From assembly GCA_013239625.1 (NCBI GenBank), contig MU053448.1:372001-436000 (forward strand): a stretch of 64,000 nt of DNA, in the 5' to 3' direction. Made by a program: the position numbers and the translations under genes. Positions 38,195 to 49,635 of the stretch are shown piece after piece. Under the pieces are notes generated by a model. That model saw only the letters and a list, made by a program, of their open reading frames with translations, ran no database searches and was not told the DNA's origin. The stretch comes from Lama guanicoe. Taxonomy: Eukaryota. How positions within the stretch are numbered: position 1 is the stretch's first letter; every line of letters begins with the position of its first letter.

Positions 38195-38392
38195 GATGAG
38201 AGTGGTCTGTCTCGTGTGCCATGCCCACCTGGGTGGCATTGGGCAAGCTCTCTAGGCCTCAGTTTCTCCTCCATGGAATGCATGCACGCTGCTACCTGTC
38301 GATGGTGCCTGTGAGGGTTACCTAATGTGTGTAAAGTGCTCAATACTGTTTGCCACACGTGTCAAGCACTTAAATGTTACCCATTATTGTTA
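38195..38392. mobile_element. MIR SINE just upstream of exon 5
   Basis: ttgggcaagctctctaggcctcagtttctcctcc...gtgagggtta...tgtaaagtgctcaatactgtttgccacac...gcacttaaatgtta (MIR core). Confidence 0.7.
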
Positions 38393-38462
38393 CCCATTTG
38401 ATCAACATTGCAGTAAACTGCCCATGACGTTGAGAGGTTGGATGTTTTCTCTCGTTTTCTAG

Positions 38463-38682
38463 ATGTGAATGAACTGAAGGAATGTCTTTCTGTGTTGGTC
38501 AAAGAGCAGCAAGCTCTGGCCGTGCAGTCAGCCACCACCACCCTTTCAGCCCTGAGACTCAAGCAGAGGCTTGTCATTTTGGAACGCTATTTCATTGCCT
38601 TGAATAGAACTGTTTTCCAGGAGAATGTCAAAGTTAAATGGAAAAGCAGCAGCGCTTCTTTGCCTCCTGTGGACAAAAAAAG
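38463..38682 (+). CDS. HERC2: HERC2 exon 5 (220 nt), DVNELKECLSVLVKEQQ...LPPVDKK
   Basis: ttttctag| acceptor, AAG|GTAATA donor, within ORF 38438..38686. Confidence 0.97.
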
Positions 38683-39584
38683 GTAATAATATAATGAAGA
38701 AAGAATCCTGATACCAGCTAAATATAAAACTCAGACTGTTTTGTTTGGGAAAGTTTAATTAATGCTCTCAGCATAGCCTCTTCTTTCATTTCATCCTTGC
38801 TTTCCCTTTTTGCATGTTCCGTATAATCTGAAGAATGGTTTTCCCAGTTTGCTCATAAAGCAACAGGGTATGAGCAGTATTATCTGTACCATCATTTTAA
38901 AATAGAAGACCCTTTTCTGTCGGTAACTGTAGAAGCCAGTCAGAAGTTTAAACCAGCATGTCCAGATTCGAAAATGGGATCTGAGTAGTACATCCTTTTT
39001 ATTTTGATTTGTTTTGGTACTGGGTAGGGAGTTATCAGACTGCCGTGGTGCTCTGCTGGTCTAGCTGGTTCATTCTCTTCTTCTTACTGTGATTTTATTA
39101 TTCTTTTCTTAAAGAGATGCTTTCAGGTACATGATTTTCAATATATTGTCATACATCAGCAGATCTCCTTTGAAACATTAACTAATAGCCACTAGAATGC
39201 TCAAGACTTGTGTAAAGTTGTACTTTTCCAAAATACAGCTGTCTACCAGACTTTTGTTCCCCGAAGGCTAGACTAGATTTCCAGATAGAACTCATTTTAT
39301 GTAGTTAAGTGAGTTGATGTTCTTTGATTGTAATACTGACTTTCACTCGCTATAAAGTGCATGGGAAGTACAGGAGGTGGAAAGAAACAGGTGGAAAAAA
39401 CCTTATTTTTCCATCCAGAGACATAAAGTGCTTAGGGTAGCACATTTCCTTGGTTTTTTCCTTGAATCTGGTTGAATTCACATTACATGTCGTGTATTTG
39501 ATAGTAGTTTTAAGATAAACCAGGTGACAGAGGGTTCCTGCCCGTGTAGTGATAGCCAGTGGCACAGTTCTTTCGTTCCTTCTT

Positions 39585-39728
39585 TTTTTTTTTTAAGGGT
39601 TTTTTTCTTTTAATGAGGGGAGATAATTTGGTTTATTAATTTATTTATTTTTGTAATGGAGGTTCTGGGACCTGGGGCCTCATGCATGCTAGGCATGTAC
39701 TCTGCTACTGAGCTATACCCCTCCCCTC
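39585..39728 (-). mobile_element. tRNA-Ala SINE (vic-1 type), copy 6, T-arm partly deleted
   Basis: ggggagataatttggtttatt...ggaggttctgggacctggggcctcatgcatgctaggcatgtactctgctactgagctatacccctcccc. Flanking ttccttctt repeat. Confidence 0.82.
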
Positions 39729-39989
39729 CTCTTCCATTCCTTCTTGAGTGGAAGGTGGGCAGCCGCCTGTGATGGTGATGCCCAGGGAGGGTCTGTGTAT
39801 GTGGGGGGTGGTTTCTAAGAGTCTCTGAGCACTTTCGTTGAGTCAGCCTGCATTTCCTAAGATGCAGGAGTGGCTGAAAGCCCAGCCGACTTCCTCTGTG
39901 CTCTTTCCTTTGTGGTGATGTAAGAGCTGATGGATTTGTCGAACTCTTTCTTTCATTAAATGGAGGACATTTCTACAATTAAAAAAAAA

Positions 39990-40730
39990 TTTTTTTTATT
40001 TTAACATAATTTGTGAATTCACATGCAGTTGTAAAAATAATAGAGAGATTCCTTACACCTTTCACCCAGTTTCCGCAGTGGTAGCCACTTGCAAAATTAG
40101 TACAAAATCATCATAACTAGGATATCAACTTTGATACATTTTACCTGTCTTCCTCTGATTTCCCATTTTACGTGCCCTCAATTCTGTGTGTGTGCGTGTT
40201 TCCATGTGGTTTTATCACAGGTGTAGATTTCTGTCAGCACTGCCACAGGCAGGGTACAGGACAAGGATTCTTTCTTACAGCCGCACCCATTAGAGCTGTT
40301 CTCCATATCTATTTGTAACCTTTGAGGTTGACTCTTCCACTCGGCATTATTCCCTTAGGATTCTGCCCATTAGGAGGTGCACGTGTCGTCACTGGGGAGC
40401 AGGATTCCATGAATGGAGGTCCCACAGCTTGACCCCTCACACACTCAGCTATTTATAATTTTTGAGTATTATGAGTCAAGCTCCTATGAATATTTGTGCA
40501 CAGGTGTTGGTGGGAGCCCAAGTGCTTCTCTCTGGAATAAATGCCTCAGGGTGCAGTTGCTGGGCCTATGTTTAGGTTTGTGAGACATTGCCATCCTGTT
40601 TCCAGAGTAGCCGTGCCATTTCACAGTCTCACCAGCCATGTCTGAGAGGTCCAGTTGCTCCACACCCTCATCAGCACTCGGTGTTATCAGTTACTTGCTT
40701 TAGCCACTGTCGTAGCTGTGTAGTGTTATC
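39990..40730 (-). mobile_element. Old L1M 3' end
   Basis: attcacatgcagttgtaaaaataatagagagattccttacacctttcacccagtttcc...ccagttgctccacaccctcatcagcact. Confidence 0.7.
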
Positions 40731-41411
40731 TCCTAAATTGTATGGCTTTCTTTCCCTGATTTCTCCACTTGTTGGGTGGTAGTGGGTTTTACCTTTTTTG
40801 TGGAACTAGCTATGGATTGGATAGTTGATTGGTGTGGATGGGGGTGGGTCCAAGCTATTTCTATTTGTTTTCTTAAGTATCTATAAAAGAGAGAGCCGCT
40901 TGTTGAAGATTTAGCAATTTTTATACTGTCCAGATTTAGGACTCTTGGGCTCTTTCTCCAGGGACAGGGTCATGGTTGGTGAGGGGGCTGCAGCTTCTCC
41001 TGGGGTGGCTTTCTCAGAGGGAGCCCTGTGCCGACTGCTCCTCCCACCTCTGAATTGACTCAGCTTGTGTACTTCCTGGATTTAGACCACATATGTTATT
41101 GTACGTCTGTGTCTTGTAAAGTTTGTAATTCTCGTTCAGTCTAAGCCTCTTTATTCCTTTAAGATAAAAGATACTCCTTTAAGATAATTGCTTTAAGATA
41201 TTCCTGTCTCCCAGGCACCCAGTCCCCTTGTAGGAGGCAGCGACTGGGTAGTTTCTTGTGTTTCCTGATGGAACTCGCCAAGCACACACCCTACACTATT
41301 CAGCATTCAGGGACGTAGCATTCCAGATGCCTCTGTTGGGTCCACATTCCATACTGCTAGTTTGACTTGATATTGTGTCTTGAGGAGATCATTCCATATC
41401 AGTACCCATCT

Positions 41412-41499
41412 TTTTTTTTTTAATTAAGGTGTAGTCAGTTTACAATTTTGTGTCAATTTCTGGTATACAGCACAGAGCTTCAGTCATACATGGATATAC
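41412..41499 (-). mobile_element. 88-bp L1 3'-tail insertion
   Basis: Perfect 13-bp TSD tcagtacccatct (41399-41411, 41500-41512), poly-T. Body homologous to the L1 tail at 11690-11770. Confidence 0.85.
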
Positions 41500-42368
41500 T
41501 CAGTACCCATCTCTAATAGCCTTTGCCCCAAAAGCAAATTATAATAAACTCGAGGAATAGAGTATATTGTAGAAATACTCAGCAGTACAGAGTTGAAAAT
41601 AAAATCGCTTATGACCATGCATGATTGAGTTTCCATTGTCCACACATTTTTGTATTCTAGTTTTTTTTAAGATGATTTTTATGATATACCATTATATAAC
41701 TTCTTAAAACATGCGAAATGAAACCATCTTGTTAAATTAACATGTATAAGTAGTAAAAAGCCTAAAAAGGTACCTGAGAATGATCAGCACTAAATTCAGG
41801 AGAGGGTAACCTCAGCAAGGGGCGGGGCGGGGGGCCTGGTGAAGGAAAACAGCACAAATACGGGGCCTGCAAGCCGGCCGGTCACAGAGGCCTGAACAGG
41901 GGGAGAAGCAGCTCAGATACCACAGGCCGGGGTGCGAGTCTCAGGCACTTACCCTGTTGTGCTTGGGGGGCTCCCCACCCCTCATCTGCTTTTTCTTTAC
42001 TTCATGAGGTAATGAGGCTTAACCCCCCCTTTTATGCATTTATCTGTTTATTTTCTGTTTACCATCTCTCTCTCCTCAACTACTAATATTAGCTAGCTTC
42101 CTGAGATTTTTTCATGACCATTCTCACAAGTCATTTAACGTTCTTTGTAAATACCTTTTTTTCCCCTCTCAAAGAGAAAACTTTTTGTTTACAAAGGATG
42201 TTTGATAACAATTTTTAAAGCGTGAAACTTAAAGTCATTTGTGATCCTATCTCATGAAACCCATTGATCAGATTTTGGAAGAAAGCCTTCCGTATTACTT
42301 ATTGTATTTTAGTAATTGCACATGTCTCTGACTGACCAGTTCTCAGTCCACGTGTATGTTGTCCGCAG

Positions 42369-42469
42369 TTCCCGGCCCACGGGCAAAGGCGTGGAAGGCC
42401 TCGCGAGAGTTGGATCCCGAGCCGCTCTCTCCTTTGCCTTTGCGTTCTTACGCAGAGCCTGGCGGTCAG
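42369..42469 (+). CDS. HERC2: HERC2 exon 6 (101 nt), SSRPTGKGVEGLARVGSRAALSFAFAFLRRAWRS
   Basis: tccgcag| acceptor, CAG|GTACGT donor, phase 2 to 1. Confidence 0.96.
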
Positions 42470-42962
42470 GTACGTGTGCCCATGTGTTCTGTTCCCCGCC
42501 ACATCAGTATTTGTGGGTTCTCTTCTCACTTCTGCCACCACATGCCCCTGGGTTGATCCCAGGTGCTCTCTGTGCCTCATTTTCCTTTGTAAAATGAGAG
42601 GCTTCAAAGCCTGTTTGACTTTTCAGGTTTGCGTTACTTGAACAAAAAAAAAAGTAGGGGTGGTTTGTATTTACACATATCCCAGGTAAACCACTGCAGT
42701 GCCTTAGTGCAGATTTATTTTCTAGGAGAGCCAGAAATTAGCATTGCTCACAGGAGAGTCATAAAAGAAAGAATTGACCTTGAGATAACTGTTACATTTT
42801 GGTCTCTGAATTCTTGGAGTACCCAAGAGGAAAATGAGATTGAAAATGTGGCAGTGGCATTCTCTCCCTCTGGGGGAAGGAGACCCGCCTTGGGGAGTGG
42901 GGCGAGCCCTGCCCATGGAGCTGCTGGGGATGGGCGGCCTCATCTGCCATGTGTGTGCCCAG

Positions 42963-43119
42963 GGGAGGACGCGGACCTCTGCAGCGAGCTGTTGCAGGAG
43001 TCACTGGATGCGCTGAGAGCCCTGCCCGAGGCCTCGCTCTTCGATGAGAGCACAGTGTCTTCCGTGTGGCTGGAGGTGGTAGAAAGAGCAACCCGGTTCC
43101 TTCGGTCTGTTGTGACGGG
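42963..43119 (+). CDS. HERC2: HERC2 exon 7 (157 nt), [27 protein letters not shown]...FLRSVVTG
   Basis: tgcccag| acceptor, GGG|GTAAGT donor, phase 1 to 2. Confidence 0.96.
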
Positions 43120-44397
43120 GTAAGTCACATCTCAGTGTGTGAGTGGTTCTGGCATGTTTCAGCTTGTCTCACCTTCTCCTTAGAGCTAAGAAACATAGTA
43201 GGTTGGTTCCTGGTGTGTGTTTCCAGCACATCCTCAGCAGTTGGATTCCAGGTCTTGGTTCTCAGCTTTTTGAACGTGTGCCTCTCGATATTCTGATTGG
43301 ATCTAGTAATCTGTCACATTGAATGGGATGGGAAATGGAGAATGCTTTTGTGATTTATTTTTCTTAGATGATTTATGATAATGAGCTCCTGCTGTGTCCC
43401 CCTTAGCGCACGTGCAGGTGCCGCCGTTTTGGGTGGCAGATGTTGTCTCAGGACAATATGGGGTTAAACAGTTGCTCAAATTCGAAATCTTCAAACCTGC
43501 AGGCAGTCTTCTTAGTGTAAAAAAATTTGAATGTGAATCGTTTTTCTGTAAGGAAAACCGTGAACTCTGGTTTTGGGTGCTATGTATTTTGGTTAAAGGT
43601 TTTTAAGTTTGAAGGAAATGTATATGCTCAGTACAGAATTCAGCAACAAAGGAAAAGGGAGTCTTCTCATTCCCTTCACCAGATGCCACTGCCCTGTCCC
43701 TTCCAGCGAGCTGGGACATCAGTGGTCTCTGTGCATTGGCTGTGACTTTGGCTCCCTGGAGTGCTTTTGTGATGGCATTGCTACGGGGTTTGGGGGTGAG
43801 TTCCCTGAAAAAGGCTTGGAATTGATTTTAAAAATTCAGCTGTAATAGTGGTTTTGAAAGAGCCTCCCTCCTCCTTCTTGGGTCAAGAAGACATTATTTA
43901 TTACTGGGGAACAAGGCAAAGTTAAAATTATTTCTTTGATCGTGATAAAAATAAGCATAGATGTTTTATCTGGAATCTCAGATGGTTTTAGAAATTGATT
44001 CTTCTCCATTTCTACAGAAGATGTTGATACTCTAATAGCCTCACATGTCACTGAAACTAGAAACATGTCTAAACATTTTTCCACTTGTGTTTTGGATGAC
44101 GTTATAGGTAGTCTTATGCTGCAGCAACTTGGAGTATGTCTTTTAACATAATCATTTTATAGTATCTGAATTAACACTTCTAATAAAAGCATATCCTTAC
44201 AAGTTAATTGCACACTTTAGAATCTCTGATTAAATTTAAGTAAGCAAGTCTCGGAGACTTGATTCTAAATATTAAAAATGTATTTCTCCACGGGAGAGTG
44301 TATCTAATTAATTTAACATTAATGACATGCTTATTTTAACACGCTGTCTTTAAGCTCTGTTGTTCCTTTGGCCCTGCATCCTCCGCTGTCATTTCAG

Positions 44398-44508
44398 GGA
44401 TGTTCATGGAACGCCTGGTACCAAAGGGCCGGGAAGCATACCCCTGCAGGACCAGCACCTGGCCCTGGCCATCCTGTTAGAGCTGGCTGTGCAGAGAGGC
44501 ACACTGAG
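44398..44508 (+). CDS. HERC2: HERC2 exon 8 (111 nt), DVHGTPGTKGPGSIPLQDQHLALAILLELAVQRGTL
   Basis: atttcag| acceptor, GAG|GTGAGG donor, phase 2 to 2. Confidence 0.96.
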
Positions 44509-45063
44509 GTGAGGGAAGCCACAGGCCCAGAGTACTGTAGGGAGACGCCCTGTGTCTGAGCAGCTGTTGCATTTTATCCGCATTTCATATTTGTGATTGT
44601 AACAAATGTGTGATGTTGTGTGATCAGAGAAACGTGTCCTAGGAAGGGCCCCCTTCTTTCAGACCTGGGTACACTTAAGTTTTCTTCACTTCCTTTTTTA
44701 TGTTCAACTTTCTAGTAGTCAAGGAACTGTCCTTTTTTTGTTTGTTTCTTAATTTTCTTTAAATAGTTATTTGTATTCTATTAATTTAAGGTCCTAGAAA
44801 TTCCCTCTTAGAAAGTGCTATTTGAGCTTCTTAACTGATTGTACATTTCTTATCCACAGAAGATGGATGTCTTGTGCTAAAATCTTGGCATTTGTTTATA
44901 GTGATTTTAATGCCAAGAATTGTTTTCATGGCTTTGTTTTAGTTTCCCGTCAAATCTAAAGTATTTTTTTGAATTTCATTTAGCCATCTGCTTTTACTTT
45001 TGACAGACTGTGGGAAAAAGTTACTCTGTTTTTACTAGAGAGTAAAGATATTTTCTCTTTTAG

Positions 45064-45235
45064 CCAAATGTTATCTGCCATCCTTTTGCTGCTCCAGTTG
45101 TGGGACAGTGGGACTCAGGAAACTGACAACGAGCGGTCTGCCCAGGGCACCAGCGCCCCCCTCCTCCCTCTGCTGCAGAGGTTCCAGAGCATCACCTGCA
45201 GTAAAGATGCCCCTCATACAGAGGCTGACGCTCAC
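45064..45235 (+). CDS. HERC2: HERC2 exon 9 (172 nt), SQMLSAILLLLQLWDSG...KDAPHTEADAH
   Basis: ctcttttag| acceptor, CAC|GTAGGT donor, phase 2 to 0. Confidence 0.95.
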
Positions 45236-46869
45236 GTAGGTGTCATCGTGAGACTCGGCGCTTACATAACTTTCTTTGTTTCAGTTACATTGTAAAGGAG
45301 TTAGTCTTTTATAAACAAGACCGGATCACACACGTCTGTGGTGTAGTTGCCCCGGGGGGAGTGTGTATTTGGCAGCTGCAACAGCGAGTCAGGTGTGGGG
45401 CAGGTGTGGGAGGTCACGGGGCAGAACATCCCAGGAGCACAGTCAGATTCTGTGCAGCAGCTGAGGGGTGGCCACAGCCAGCTGCGTCCTGCAGACCCCA
45501 GGCCCTCTGTTTGTTCTGGAGTGTGTGTTTAGCAGGAGGAGTGTGTCTCTTATCACACAGCAACTTGTGCTTTCAGGGAGACCCACCTGCTGCCTCTCTG
45601 GCCGCGCAGTCTGTGCGGGACTGGAGTCGTCGAGCCCTTTGTGTTTGTGGGTTTGGTGCTTGTTTGCTCCCAGCAGCCACATGCGTTGTGCTCTGGCTGT
45701 GATGGGGCTGTGGAAGACAAAAGAAGGCACTCTCCCCTCCACGTGGGAGCAAGTTAGTGAGGCAGGAAGATGGGTAAAAATCCTGACAGTATTTCAGGAA
45801 CAAAGCGTGAGAGTCAAGTGCGTCCTTAGGGGACTTGCAGTGATGACCTGGGGAGGCGGTGCGGGGAGGGGCGGGGAGGGGAGGCCGTGGTGGGGAGGTG
45901 CACGTGTCTGGTCCAGGGGTGGTGCTCCACCGCGGGGCCTCACTCTGTCCGCGCTGAGAGTGCACACGGGTCTCCCGCTGGTTACTTCAGATTGATTTTG
46001 CCCTGGCCTGAGGAGCCAGAGAAGTCTTCTCTTCCCTCTCCATGCCCCTCCGTGTGCCATTTCCAGGGAACACCTCCGATCAGCGAGCAGCAGCTCTGCT
46101 GGTGTCACAGAGCCGAGTCTGGAGTGTACACTTAAAAACAAGTATTAGAAAAAGAGCATTGGAAGTAGTGGCTCACCATGACGGCCCTTCCTGGGCGCAG
46201 GGCACCACAGGAGGTGTGTTATTGAAGCCATCACTGTGTTTAGTCCCAGGATGTTGAGGCTGGTGGCTGAGCAGGGCCTACCTGGGCCTGAACCCCTGGG
46301 ACTGCTGCTTTTTAGAGGTACAGGTTTGATCTTGCAGGTCTTTTCTGGAAGGACTTAGCCATCCTGTTTTAGCCTAATTATTCTATTACTTTGCAGCTAT
46401 TGATGGTGATAAGGCTCTTCTGCCTTTAGAAGAATTAGAATTAGTCCTTCATGTGCAAATAAACTTAGGTTTTCTGATGAGCAGGCAGCATGTAGATTAA
46501 AGTAAGTGGGTTTTGTTTGCAGTTTTCAAAGCCGAGTTGAGGTTCAGGGCTGTGTTCCCAGGAAGCTTGCTCTGTGTTCTTTGAAGGGCCCTTGGGGTGG
46601 GGAGCCTGCAGGGTGGCTGGGATGTGTCCCTGAGCTGTGTGAAGTCAGCGCACGGGGGACGGATGTGTAGACATGGGGGCAGTGCCAGGTGCGGTAGGTG
46701 TATAGATGTCAGCGCATCGGCTGCACTTTTTATTTGAGAGTCAGAAAGCAGCAGATTTATGAAGAATGTCTAACTGTGAATACCCAGGAGTGGTTAAAGG
46801 CTAATGGTGGTACTTAAATTTTCCCCACTGTTTCGTTTCTGAAGATGCTTCTTTACATTTCTTCTCTAG

Positions 46870-47043
46870 CTTCTATCTGGCCCTCTGAGCCCCAATGAGA
46901 GTTTCCTGAGGTACCTTACTCTTCCTCAAGACAACGAGCTTGCCATAGACTTACGACAGACTGCCGTGGTTGTCATGGCCCACTTGGACCGCCTGGCCAC
47001 CCCCTGCATGCCGCCTCTGTGCAGCTCCCCGACATCTCACAAG
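46870..47043 (+). CDS. HERC2: HERC2 exon 10 (174 nt), [24 protein letters not shown]...SSPTSHK
   Basis: ttctctag| acceptor, AAG|GTATGT donor, phase 0 to 0. Confidence 0.96.
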
Positions 47044-48261
47044 GTATGTGTGGGAGCCGTGTTGATTCCCTGTGCTTGTGCTCCTGGGTTCTCATTCCGT
47101 GCCTGGGTCTGGGACTGGGGTGGAGCTGGCTTTCAGCTCATAAACGTGTGCACACTTAAAGGTGTTGCTAGTGATGAGCGATGAGCAGGCCGAGGCGCAC
47201 AGGGTCCCCCTGGGACCCAGGTTCCAGATGCAGGTGGCACAGCCCCAGAGCCCCCTGTGTTCACACAGCCACGTGCTGTGCTGCCTTCCTCTGATGTGTC
47301 TGACACTAATCTACGTGGGTTGGGGGCGCCTGCCACAACCACCGAGTATTGCACACGGTCACATCTGGTCATCACGCCACCGCCCCGTTGTGCGGAGGAG
47401 GAGGCTGCCATTGGGAGTGGGGGTGAGCTTTACCAGGGTCACACAGAAGAATCCTGGTTTTGAAACCAGGTTTTTCAAGTTTTAATTTTTAATATGAAGA
47501 GTGTTTATTGTATTTTGCTGTTACTTATTTTTTCCAAATAAGTAATACATTCACGTGGTTCCAAAATAAAAACTAAGTGCAAAACCACAGTCACTTCCTC
47601 CCCCCCGCCTCCCTTCACCCAAATTTCCGTCTGTGGCTTCTCACCTTTCCCATCTCTTACGCATCCCGTCAGCCTTCTCCGGAATGACTGTCAGTGCTAG
47701 CACACTGCATCACTTCTGTGGCTGGTTTTTTCACTGAGCAGTGATACTGAGGAGCTCTCTGTAAGCCTGGCTTCTCTGTTTATCTTTAAAAGCAGCCCGG
47801 TGGCCCATGAGTGACTGTACCATGACTTTAAAATCAGCCTCCTATCGGTAGACGCTTGTGTTACTGGAGGTTTGCTGCTCAGCTGCTGCTGTGATGGCTG
47901 CCCCTGCACCTCCGTTCCCCTGTGTACGTGTGCGTGTGCGTGCGCAGCGCCAACACACCTGCTGTGCCGGACACGTGAGCTGATTGTCCCCACATTGCTC
48001 TGCTGTGGCTTGATCCCTCTCATCTGCACCAGCAGTGGGGCACTCGTCTCCCAGGCTGTGCTTAGGCCTTCGGGTCCCTGCCTGTAATAGTACAGAATGG
48101 TAACCTGATGTGGTTTGAGCATTTCAAAATATGTTTAAGGTCTCCTTGTTCTCCTTTTTACTGGACTCTGTTAAAGTGAAATGCTGTGGAAACAACATTT
48201 TTGATCACTTCATCTTACACTAACTTGAGGCAATGTGTAATGATCTGAGTTATTTCGATTT

Positions 48262-48565
48262 TTAAAAAAAATATTTTTATTGAAGTATAGTCATTTTACA
48301 ATGTTGCATCAATTTCTGGTGTCCAGAACAACACTTCAGTCATATAAGAACATACGTATATTCGTTTTCATATTCTTTTTCACCATAAGTTACTACAAGA
48401 TATTGACTATAGTTTCCTGTGTTATACAGTAGAAGCTTATTTTTGTCTATTGTATATGTAGTGGTTAGTATCTGCAAACCTCGAAGTCCCAGTTTATCCC
48501 TCCCCACCTGCTTCCCCCCCTGCCCCGGTAACCATAAGTTTGTTTTCTATGTCTGTGAGTCTGTA
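48262..48565 (-). mobile_element. L1 3'UTR fragment upstream of exon 11
   Basis: tttttattgaagtatagtcattttacaatgttg...ggtaaccataagtttgttttctatgtctgtgagtctgt; homologous to 29450-29725. Confidence 0.85.
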
Positions 48566-48717
48566 TTTTGATGTTTTGAATCAGCTTTCTTTTCTTGCTT
48601 TGTTTTGATCTTACTGTATCTCAGTGTTAACTCCTTGCACGAATTATTCTTTCTTTTGACTCAGAAAGAACTTTTCTGGCTGCCATAAAGAAAATATTTT
48701 CTTACTTTATCTGACAG

Positions 48718-48906
48718 GGATCATTGCAGGAAGTCATAGGATGGGGGTTAATTGGATGGAAATACTATGCCAACGTGATTGGTCCAATTCAGTGTGAAGG
48801 CCTTGCCAGCCTGGGGGTCACGCAGATCGCCTGTGCGGAGAAGCGCTTCCTAATCTTGTCCAGGAATGGCCGGGTATACACGCAGACCTACAACAGTGAC
48901 ACGCTG
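48718..48906 (+). CDS. HERC2: HERC2 exon 11 (189 nt), GSLQEVIGWGLIGWKYY...YNSDTL; start of RLD1
   Basis: ctgacag| acceptor, CTG|GTGGGT donor, phase 0 to 0. Confidence 0.95.
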
Positions 48907-49483
48907 GTGGGTGCTGGGCTCGCTTCCTCTGGGGGTCTCTCTGCTATGGATGCTACAGAGTTCTTGTCTTTCTTTGTGCCGATTGATTTCTGAAGATTTA
49001 TAAGCAAAATCATTATATATTATTAGTCGTGTTTAAAAATCTTAATCGCAATCATTATTGTCAAGATTTGGGGGCAGAGTTTCTTAGTTGTTAGGCTCCG
49101 AAACTCCTGGTGCGATTATAGGCAGCCATTGTTCTCGTTAGACTGTGGGGGCCAGGAAGTGACAGTAAGGACCCATGGGGACAGTGGCAGATTGGGACGT
49201 GTGTATTCCAGCTAAAGGAGGGTGCCCTGTCACCTCTGGCTGCAAAGTTCCCTCCTGCGGGGGCGGCTCACTCCTGCTGCCGAGCGTGTGCAGGTCGCCT
49301 GGCCCCTGTCGTTCTGTTGGTGCTGGGCAGGGTGGCTGGACAACCGACTGGCAATGACCCGAGGTTCATGTTTTTCAGTTTAAGAGGGGTTTGTTCAAGT
49401 AAGGTACCTAGTTGAGGCGAGTTGTGCTGTTTCCTTTGACCTGGGAGTGCTTACTAATTTTCTTCCTGTTTTTACCCTTTTAG

Positions 49484-49635
49484 GCCCCACAGCTGGTCCA
49501 GGGTCTTGCCTCCAGAAACATTGTAAAAATTGCTGCCCATTCCGATGGTCACCACTACCTGGCCTTGGCGGCCACTGGAGAGGTGTACTCCTGGGGCTGT
49601 GGGGACGGTGGACGGCTGGGCCATGGGGACACTGT
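49484..49635 (+). CDS. HERC2: HERC2 exon 12 (152 nt), APQLVQGLASRNIVKIAAHSDGHHYLALAATGEVYSWGCGDGGRLGHGDT; RCC1 repeat
   Basis: ccttttag| acceptor, TGT|GTACGT donor. RCC1 motif GxVYxWGxxxxGRLG. Confidence 0.96.

Noticed and set aside
41157..41200. Three copies of CTTTAAGATA with short spacers
   Set aside because: Short AT-rich local duplication; not CRISPR-like in a mammalian intron, and no other support for function.
45347..46257. Cluster of overlapping 100-175 aa ORFs in intron 9 (similar clusters at 25959-26696 and 33376-34872)
   Set aside because: GC-rich intron or L1 5'UTR sequence with few stops; ORFs on both strands and no protein-like signature.
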